This document shows, piece by piece, positions 49,013 through 54,938 of a stretch of DNA of 64,000 nt (its first letter is position 1; each line of letters opens with the position of its first letter). Source of the DNA: a virus. The notes under the pieces are model-generated. The model searched no databases and was not told where the DNA came from. It saw only the letters and a program-made list of their open reading frames with translations. A program made the translations under genes and the position numbers. Location of the stretch: positions 63,649-127,648 of IMG/VR virus record IMGVR_UViG_3300027973_002292, one strand, 5' to 3'.

Positions 49013-49206
49013 TTGAGAGGAATAAGTTTCTAGCAGTTTTATACAGTGGCCTTTTGGACGCCGCTTCTCCCGAACAAACGCTGAGATTTCTCTCAACCAC
49101 TGTAGTCTTTTTACGGGCTTGTTGTCTCTTACGAGTTTAAATAAAGATGCTATCTTTAAGTGAGCATGGTTTTGCTCAAGCTACCTCCCACGCAACTATT
49201 CAAAGA

Positions 49207-49234
49207 ACGATGGACCATTTCCCTTTAAAGTCAA
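49207..49234 (-). promoter_or_regulatory. Sigma70-type promoter driving the structured RNA
   Basis: TTGACT(49234-49229)-N16-CATCGT(49212-49207). Predicted start ~49200 coincides with the 5' strand of the outer helix. Confidence 0.65.
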
Positions 49235-49235
49235 A

Positions 49236-49643
49236 CTAATTCTTAAGATTTTCTTCCGAAACTTTAGACGCAATAAATATCAGATTTTTCAAGTCTTTTT
49301 CCGTGATGTTTTTTGGATCGCATTTATCGGAGTCATTCTTAAGATTTTCGCAGACTTTATTTATTACACTTGCAATTCCAGCCGCAAGAAGATAATTAAT
49401 CTCCAAATCTTGAGAAAACGCTTCCAAGGGTTTAAATAAAACCCAATGAGTTTCATTGTCTACTGTTGCGGACTTTACAATGCCAGACTTTTCCATTTCA
49501 GAAAGAGCACACAGCACTGCTGCCTTATCGTCGTTTTCCTTATCGGTTACTAGAACTATCTTTTTAAAGTCTCTTCTTAAATTTAATACTTGGTTTTCAT
49601 TAAAGAATTCGTTGAGGTTTAAATACGCATCTAAAATAGTCAT
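49236..49643 (-). CDS. Hypothetical protein (possible winged-helix)
   Basis: 135-aa ORF. CATACT lies 7 nt upstream of the ATG. Confidence 0.7.
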   Translation of the reverse strand: MTILDAYLNLNEFFNENQVLNLRRDFKKIVLVTDKENDDKAAVLCALSEMEKSGIVKSATVDNETHWVLFKPLEAFSQDLEINYLLAAGIASVINKVCENLKNDSDKCDPKNITEKDLKNLIFIASKVSEENLKN

Positions 49644-49719
49644 ATATACAAGTATGCCACTTAATAAAAAAAAGCAAACTTTAAATTGACTTTTATATTA
49701 AAATCTAGATAATTCTGTT
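49644..49719. promoter_or_regulatory. Divergent promoter pair
   Basis: (+) TTGACT(49686-49691)-N16-GATAAT-N6-GTG(49720). (-) weak -35 near 49672-49678, CATACT(49656-49651)-N7-ATG(49643). Confidence 0.6.
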
Positions 49720-50142
49720 GTGGATATTCACATCAAGTTGCTTAGCGAAAAAGCGGTGATCCCAACTAAAGCCACCGCGTTCTCTGCTGGATACGACCTA
49801 TACGCCGCTGAGGACGCAGAGGTTCCAAAGCTTTGCAGAAAGCTTATTAAAACTAATGTTAGCATGGCTATTCCAATCAACAATTACGGAAGAATTGCTC
49901 CAAGATCTGGATTGGCTTTTAAGAGCGGCATCGATGTGCTCGCTGGCGTTATTGACGCTGATTATAGGGGAGACATTGGAGTTATTCTTTATAACACTGA
50001 TCCTAATATTGACTTTAAAGTAAAGCAGGGGGACAAGATTGCCCAAATTGTTATTGAAAAATGTTACGATATTAACTGGGTAAAGTCTGAATCTTTAATC
50101 GAGACCAAGAGAGGAGGTCAGGGATATGGACATTCAGGCTAG
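49720..50142 (+). CDS. dut: Trimeric dUTPase
   Basis: AGYDL, IAPRSGLA, GVIDADYRG, GDKIAQ and RGGQGYGHSG (motifs I-V). Confidence 0.97.
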   Translation: MDIHIKLLSEKAVIPTKATAFSAGYDLYAAEDAEVPKLCRKLIKTNVSMAIPINNYGRIAPRSGLAFKSGIDVLAGVIDADYRGDIGVILYNTDPNIDFKVKQGDKIAQIVIEKCYDINWVKSESLIETKRGGQGYGHSG

Positions 50143-50470
50143 TCTTTGCTTAGCTTCAATGGCTACAGCTATCAGTTACGTTGTTTTTAATACCGAAGCT
50201 CTTCCTGAATACGGAAAACTTTTTAAGCTAAATCGTCTTTTAAAGCTTGAGGAGTATTTTTGTTTTAAACTTTCTAGAGAATCAAGTGTAAATTATTTTG
50301 ATTTTCTAAAGTCCAGAAACAATAATTTTATAACTAGACTGCTATCGTGCCCATATTGTTTTGGGTTTTGGTCCTGCTTGGCTATCAGTCTTGCGGGGCA
50401 GAATGCTTTGGTTATTTACGGATTTTATTTATTAATGTATAAAATTTTAATTTATGGAAAGAACGCTTGA
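50126..50470 (+). CDS. Small membrane protein with CPYC..FW motif (DUF1360-like)
   Basis: Hydrophobic segments and LLSCPYCFGFW. Confidence 0.6.
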   Translation: MDIQASLCLASMATAISYVVFNTEALPEYGKLFKLNRLLKLEEYFCFKLSRESSVNYFDFLKSRNNNFITRLLSCPYCFGFWSCLAISLAGQNALVIYGFYLLMYKILIYGKNA

Positions 50471-50765
50471 GATAAAAGATGTTTTTCAATTTTGCAAGCT
50501 TTTAGCCGCGCACCCAGAAGAAATTATAAAAAGTGAACAACTTCAAAAATTTCTCAATTTCTGCTATACATCAGTAGTAGATTGCGATTGCAAAAAGGAT
50601 AATAGGAGATTAAGCTTAGACCTAGAAAAAATCTACATGGACCAAATGCTATCTATGCCTCAAGACGTATTGGATACTTTAGGTAGAATTTTTAGTCAAA
50701 ATGAAAACTATACTTCTGTATTTTTATCTTTCTCAAAAAGCGATAATAAAATTAAACTGAAATGA
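50454..50765 (+). CDS. Hypothetical protein
   Basis: 103-aa ORF overlapping both neighbours in an operon. Confidence 0.65.
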   Translation: MERTLEIKDVFQFCKLLAAHPEEIIKSEQLQKFLNFCYTSVVDCDCKKDNRRLSLDLEKIYMDQMLSMPQDVLDTLGRIFSQNENYTSVFLSFSKSDNKIKLK

Positions 50766-50941
50766 ACGACGCAAAAATTCAAGCTAACAAAAGATTAATT
50801 GGAAAAACCATTAAGGTCTTAAACAGCAGTTTTGAATGGGTTGGTGAAGTTGTAAGCGTTAAAGACGAGAGCACTTTTCTCGTTTCTAACGGCGAAACTT
50901 TAATTGCTGTAGATATTTTTGATATAAGATCTGCAGATTAA
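50762..50941 (+). CDS. 59-aa small beta-barrel (Sm/SH3-like) protein, absent from the ORF track
   Basis: MNDAKIQANKRLIGKTIKVLNSSFEWVGEVVSVKDESTFLVSNGETLIAVDIFDIRSAD. ATGA overlap with the upstream gene; fills the gap exactly. Confidence 0.7.
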   Translation: MNDAKIQANKRLIGKTIKVLNSSFEWVGEVVSVKDESTFLVSNGETLIAVDIFDIRSAD

Positions 50942-50947
50942 GTGTAA
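50942..50947 (+). promoter_or_regulatory. GTGTAA motif (candidate phage-sigma promoter)
   Basis: GTGTAA-N10 (AT-rich)-ATG(50958). Confidence 0.5.
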
Positions 50948-50957
50948 TATTTTCTAT

Positions 50958-51158
50958 ATGCCTCTTCCTAAGCCAATTAAAAACGAAAAACAAAGCGAGT
51001 TTATATCAAAATGCATGGGCGACGCCATGATGAATGAGGATTTCCCTAATCAAAAACAAAGAGCCGCTGTTTGCTATGGTCAATTTAAGAAAAAATCCAA
51101 CGCTTCAGAGTCTCTTGATTGGGAAGACTGCTCTGATGAGTCTTTTATAATTTATTAA
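50958..51158 (+). CDS. Small conserved-type phage protein (MPLPKP..E...FI..CM......QR.AVC)
   Basis: 66-aa ORF with a pattern recurrent in phage genomes. Function unknown. Confidence 0.7.
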   Translation: MPLPKPIKNEKQSEFISKCMGDAMMNEDFPNQKQRAAVCYGQFKKKSNASESLDWEDCSDESFIIY

Positions 51159-51189
51159 AAAAAGAGGCGCATTTTATTGCGCCTTTGAT
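51157..51189. terminator. Intrinsic terminator between convergent genes
   Basis: AGGCGCA-TTTTAT-TGCGCCT (51165-51184). The A-run on the left gives a U-tract for the - strand. Confidence 0.75.
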
Positions 51190-51321
51190 TTACTTCTTGG
51201 TCGTCTTCTTACCTGCTGATCCAGCAGAACCACTAGAGCCCGCTGTAGGAGTGGGCGTTGTCTTCTTAGAAGCTGCCTTTGGGGCCGGCTTCTTAATTGA
51301 ATTCTTCTTTGCTTTTGCCAT
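51190..51321 (-). CDS. 43-aa Lys/Ala/Ser-rich histone-H1-like basic peptide, absent from the ORF track
   Basis: MAKAKKNSIKKPAPKAASKKTTPTPTAGSSGSAGSAGKKTTKK. Has its own promoter upstream and terminator downstream. Confidence 0.75.
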   Translation of the reverse strand: MAKAKKNSIKKPAPKAASKKTTPTPTAGSSGSAGSAGKKTTKK

Positions 51322-51397
51322 ACTCTTTATTGTAAAGAATGTTTTTAAAATTTCAAAAAAATCTTGACTTTATTTCATAAGAGACCTTATTTATTAA
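51322..51397. promoter_or_regulatory. Divergent promoter pair
   Basis: (-) TTGAAA(51356-51351)-N16-TACAAT(51334-51329)-N7-ATG(51321). (+) TTGACT(51364-51369)-N16-CTTATT-N6-ATG(51398). Confidence 0.6.
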
Positions 51398-52009
51398 ATG
51401 GGGATAGAAGATAAAATTATATGTCTTTGCTTAAATAAGCTTTGGCAACCCATCGGTGTAAAATCTGTCAGGGAAGCTTTCAACGAGCTTGTTAGCCCGA
51501 ACTGCTCTGCTTTAAACATCGTCTACAAACAAAACCCAGACGGGTCATTTGATTTTAATGAAGCTCAAGAAATTCAAACCTTGAAATGGCAAGACTGGAT
51601 TCAGCTTCCTATTAGAGATTGTGATTTTGAAATAAGAACAAGCAAGTTAATTATTAGAGTTCCAACAATTATTGTTTCTTCTAGATACTCTGGCGTTCCT
51701 ATAAAAAGATTTCGCCCAACTAAAAGCAACATCTGGCTTAGAGATAAAGGAATTTGCCAATACAGCGGCAAAAAATTAAAGCCAGAAGAGGCAAATATAG
51801 ATCATCCTTTTCCAAAATCTAGAGGAGGATTAAATACTTGGGAGAATATGGTATTGAGCCATAAAGAAATAAACTCTAAAAAGGGAAATAAAACCCCAGA
51901 AGAAGCTGGGCTCAAATTAATAAAAGAACCTAAAGAAATGAAGCCCGCTTTAGCCTATAATAACATAAAGTTTAATAATCATGTAGATTGGAATTTATTC
52001 ATTAAATGA
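51398..52009 (+). CDS. HNH endonuclease family protein
   Basis: NIWLRD...CQYSG, NIDHPFPKSRGG..TWENMV and INSKKGNKTP motifs. Confidence 0.9.
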   Translation: MGIEDKIICLCLNKLWQPIGVKSVREAFNELVSPNCSALNIVYKQNPDGSFDFNEAQEIQTLKWQDWIQLPIRDCDFEIRTSKLIIRVPTIIVSSRYSGVPIKRFRPTKSNIWLRDKGICQYSGKKLKPEEANIDHPFPKSRGGLNTWENMVLSHKEINSKKGNKTPEEAGLKLIKEPKEMKPALAYNNIKFNNHVDWNLFIK

Positions 52010-52728
52010 AAAAAATAATAGCAATATCTGGATTAGCTGGAGATGGTAAAGATTCTGTTTGTAAGATTCTTAAAAACTATTTCTCAAAACACAGTGAATA
52101 CAAGCTCAAAAGAATAGCTCTTGCAGATCAACTTAAAGTTGAATGCTATGAAGCTTGCATGGATCTTTTTAGAATTGATCCAATTAATTGCTCAAGAGAA
52201 GATAAAGAAAAGATCCGAGACTTTCTTGTATTTTATGGAAAGATTATGCGCTCAAAGAGCAAAGGGACGCACTGGACAAGCGAAGCTTTAAAAAGAATTG
52301 AAAAATTTAATTCTAGCAATGATATCTTTTGCATTCCAGATATCAGATACGCTTTCCACCCCGCAGACGAGTGCCAATGGGTCAAGAACAACGGCGGCAT
52401 CCATATCCATGTTCAAAAATTTACTGTAGATACAAATTTTGAGCTTGGCAAAGGCGTTTCTGTAGATATAAGGCTCTCTACCCCAATCAATAAAGAAGAG
52501 TTGCGCAATAATCCATCAGTTATTCTTTTTGCTGATTATGTAATTGAATGGCACGATTGCTCTCCAGAGCTTCCAGAGAACAACGCAGAGTGCGTAGATG
52601 CAGTAAATGAGATAGCGAAGAGAATTCTCGACTCATACATTAATAGCAAAAGTCTCGCTGAACCTCAAATTGAAAAGACCCCTAAAGCAACTTCAAAGAA
52701 AAAACCCTCAAAAAACCGGTGCATCTAA
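52006..52728 (+). CDS. Deoxynucleoside monophosphate kinase-like P-loop kinase
   Basis: ISGLAGDGKD, ALADQLK, KEKIR..L..YG...R and IPDIRY...E motifs. Confidence 0.75.
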   Translation: MKKIIAISGLAGDGKDSVCKILKNYFSKHSEYKLKRIALADQLKVECYEACMDLFRIDPINCSREDKEKIRDFLVFYGKIMRSKSKGTHWTSEALKRIEKFNSSNDIFCIPDIRYAFHPADECQWVKNNGGIHIHVQKFTVDTNFELGKGVSVDIRLSTPINKEELRNNPSVILFADYVIEWHDCSPELPENNAECVDAVNEIAKRILDSYINSKSLAEPQIEKTPKATSKKKPSKNRCI

Positions 52729-52760
52729 TGTTAAGCTAATCTTATTCTTATAAAATGATC

Positions 52761-52788
52761 TTGACTTTTTAATAAAACAAACCATGCT
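52761..52788 (+). promoter_or_regulatory. Sigma70-type promoter
   Basis: TTGACT(52761-52766)-N16-CATGCT(52783-52788)-N9-ATG(52798). Confidence 0.7.
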
Positions 52789-52797
52789 GTAGTTGCT

Positions 52798-52995
52798 ATG
52801 AGCAAGACATACACAGTAACAATTCAAAAGTCTGACGCTGGTCGCCTAACGGTAACTAATGTGCAACAAATGGTGCGAGTTAATCAACACCGCACTGACG
52901 CTAAGCGAATCGCTAACACCGCTTTTGGTTTCGCTAGCGAAACAGATGCCCAGACAATGACCATGACAAAGCGAGCTTCTCGTAAGGCTCGATAA
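52798..52995 (+). CDS. Hypothetical small basic protein (monocistronic)
   Basis: 65-aa ORF bracketed by a promoter and a strong terminator. Confidence 0.75.
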   Translation: MSKTYTVTIQKSDAGRLTVTNVQQMVRVNQHRTDAKRIANTAFGFASETDAQTMTMTKRASRKAR

Positions 52996-53007
52996 AACGA
53001 CAAGTAA

Positions 53008-53034
53008 GGGGGAGCGAAAGCTCCCCCATTTTTT
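53008..53034 (+). terminator. Intrinsic terminator
   Basis: GGGGGAGC-GAAA-GCTCCCCC followed by ATTTTTT. Confidence 0.9.
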
Positions 53035-53238
53035 ATGAAAAACACAGACCTCATTTCAAAATCTTGCGACTTTTACTCTGCTGAAGCAGATAAGCTTGTG
53101 GAGAAGCTAGCAAAATGCAAAACTCAAAAACAAATAGAAAAAACCCTGCTTGAACTTGATGCATTAAAAAAGAAAATCTCTTACGAGATTTCTCAAATAA
53201 ACAAGCTAGAAGAAGAAAGCGGAGAAGATTTTTTTTAA
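53035..53238 (+). CDS. Hypothetical coiled-coil protein
   Basis: 67-aa ORF. Its stop overlaps the convergent gene's stop (TTAA). Confidence 0.6.
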   Translation: MKNTDLISKSCDFYSAEADKLVEKLAKCKTQKQIEKTLLELDALKKKISYEISQINKLEEESGEDFF

Positions 53239-53756
53239 AACGCCGTGTATCCGTAAGTTCTGCTGTAGGTGAACGACGGATTATATTCTGGAAATTTGCC
53301 AGCAATGATATCGTCTCCAACAACTTGTTTCGGAGAAGACTTTTTAGCTCTGTAAGCATTTATTAGATACCTTAGTTCGTCCTCTTCTTGCTTCTTTTCG
53401 GCTGTGACGCTTTTAATGATTTGATTTTTGTCTACTCTTCTTACGCTTGTGTCTTGATCTTTGACCTCTATTACATCGTCTGAGCCCAAGTCTGTCAATT
53501 TTGATCTTATTATAACAGCGTATCTGTTTATCATATACATCTTTTTTAAGATAGCAGCGCCGTTTATATCTATTTCTTCGCTATTGTTGTCTCCATCGAC
53601 TATTTCGTAGCTATCGTTAATAGAAAAATTTCCAAAAACTAAACTATTTAGTCTTCCCACATTAGATCTAAGCCAATAAGATAAGGCAGCAATGCTTAAA
53701 TCACTCGGACTATTTAGGTCGAAGTAAATCTCTTGAGCTATGTCAACTACCTTCAT
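53235..53756 (-). CDS. Hypothetical protein, possibly virion neck/head-completion
   Basis: 173-aa helical ORF preceded by the GTGTAA motif. Function is a guess from context. Confidence 0.55.
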   Translation of the reverse strand: MKVVDIAQEIYFDLNSPSDLSIAALSYWLRSNVGRLNSLVFGNFSINDSYEIVDGDNNSEEIDINGAAILKKMYMINRYAVIIRSKLTDLGSDDVIEVKDQDTSVRRVDKNQIIKSVTAEKKQEEDELRYLINAYRAKKSSPKQVVGDDIIAGKFPEYNPSFTYSRTYGYTAF

Positions 53757-53765
53757 ATTTATTAA

Positions 53766-53771
53766 TTACAC
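53766..53771 (-). promoter_or_regulatory. GTGTAA motif (candidate phage-sigma promoter)
   Basis: GTGTAA-TTAATAAAT-ATG(53756), located just downstream of a terminator. Confidence 0.55.
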
Positions 53772-53790
53772 CTATAAATTCAATATCTAA

Positions 53791-53821
53791 AAACAAAAAA
53801 ACCCACGCCGCGAAGCGTGGG
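53791..53821 (-). terminator. Intrinsic terminator
   Basis: - strand CCCACGC-TTCGCG-GCGTGGG-TTTTTTTGTTT. Confidence 0.85.
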
Positions 53822-53841
53822 GTAGAGTAGTCTTTTTTTTG

Positions 53842-54042
53842 TTACTGGAGTCTATCTTGAGGAGGTAGAAGCTTTGCTAATACCTGAATGCAATTATCAA
53901 TAACCCCATGCTCCTGATACGTAAGGCGAGCTTGACGAGCAGCGAATACAAGATTCTGCAATGCTGCTTCTGGAGTCAGCGGGGGCTGTTGAGCTTGTTG
54001 AAGTGCTTCGGGTGACTGTGTTTGGTTAGCTTGATTTTCCAT
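53842..54042 (-). CDS. Hypothetical Gln-rich small protein
   Basis: 66-aa ORF followed by a terminator. Confidence 0.7.
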   Translation of the reverse strand: MENQANQTQSPEALQQAQQPPLTPEAALQNLVFAARQARLTYQEHGVIDNCIQVLAKLLPPQDRLQ

Positions 54043-54096
54043 AATGATTAATCTTAAAAAATTATACTCTCTTCTCTAAAAAAAATCTAAAAAATG

Positions 54097-54903
54097 TTAA
54101 AGATTAATAATCACAGGCACTTGATTGCTCGAAACAGATCCAATACTATTAGAGACAACTACAGAATAGATGCCTTCGTCTGATTGTTGTGCGTTTGCTA
54201 TGGAAACTGTATTTCCTGTAAAGCTTGGCAAAGTTACCGAGTTCTTTTTCCATTCGTAACTCAATGGGGCCACGCCTTGGGCGTTTACATAGATAGAAAG
54301 AGTTGACCCAACATTTATTGTTTGCGCCATTGGCTGATACAAGATCGTAGGAGGAGTAGCAGGACCAACTACAACTACCGCCGCAGAGCTTGTTACAGAC
54401 CCTCCGCTATTCGATACGGTAACGGTGTAAGATCCCGCGTCAGAATCGGCTACAGTTAATATGTTTAGCGATGCATCAGTTTTTCCTAGTAGAAGAGTTG
54501 CTCCCTTATACCATTGATAAGACATAGGATAATCTCCAGACACCATAACGTTTAGCGACAATTGATTGCCAAGAGGAATAGTTGCGCCTATTGGCTGAGT
54601 TACTATAGATGGAGGAACCGGAGGCTTTGGCTCTATCATTTCTAGATAAGGTACTCCAATATCAGTAGTTATTGAATCCGCAATATACTTATAATCTGAA
54701 ATCTCGGAACTCTCTGCTGACCAATCTTGCCATTGATCAAAGCTCATCCTTTTATAAGATCTATCAATTACTAGCCCGCTAGGATTAATAAAAGAAATAG
54801 AAAAATTCGGCCCAAGATGAGGGTCAAAGTCGTTGCTTTCGATTGTGATTTTTGCCAAATTCATGTTTGGCGTTGGGGTTGCTGTTAATACTATTGTTTT
54901 CAT
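54097..54903 (-). CDS. Protein with two tandem immunoglobulin I-set-like domains (probable virion surface protein)
   Basis: Two copies of P.I..QP......G..L...V...G..P.SY.W.K......L.I......D.G.Y.V.VSN..GSV.S. Confidence 0.85.
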   Translation of the reverse strand: MKTIVLTATPTPNMNLAKITIESNDFDPHLGPNFSISFINPSGLVIDRSYKRMSFDQWQDWSAESSEISDYKYIADSITTDIGVPYLEMIEPKPPVPPSIVTQPIGATIPLGNQLSLNVMVSGDYPMSYQWYKGATLLLGKTDASLNILTVADSDAGSYTVTVSNSGGSVTSSAAVVVVGPATPPTILYQPMAQTINVGSTLSIYVNAQGVAPLSYEWKKNSVTLPSFTGNTVSIANAQQSDEGIYSVVVSNSIGSVSSNQVPVIINL

Positions 54904-54912
54904 ATTTATTTG

Positions 54913-54918
54913 TTACAC
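54913..54918 (-). promoter_or_regulatory. GTGTAA motif (candidate phage-sigma promoter)
   Basis: GTGTAA-CAAATAAAT-ATG(54903). Confidence 0.55.
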
Positions 54919-54938
54919 TTAATTTAGCTTCAGAAATT

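Larger units (their letters stand above)
48777..49206 (-). ncRNA. Candidate ~430-nt structured RNA / 5' leader of the sigma factor gene
   Basis: The only long non-coding gap in the window. At least 9 nested inverted repeats of 3-10 bp, two GNRA tetraloops, a 15-nt exact direct repeat and an upstream promoter. Family not recognised. Confidence 0.7.

Noticed and set aside
48777-49206. tRNA, tmRNA, RNase P, T-box, or group I/II intron identity for the structured region
   Set aside because: No cloverleaf or T-loop with CCA end, no GAGGAAAGUCC, no GGUGGNACC T-box and no group II domain V were found by eye. A covariance search is still needed.
51185-51367. 60-aa + strand ORF
   Set aside because: It is the antisense shadow of the 43-aa basic peptide, which has its own promoter and terminator.
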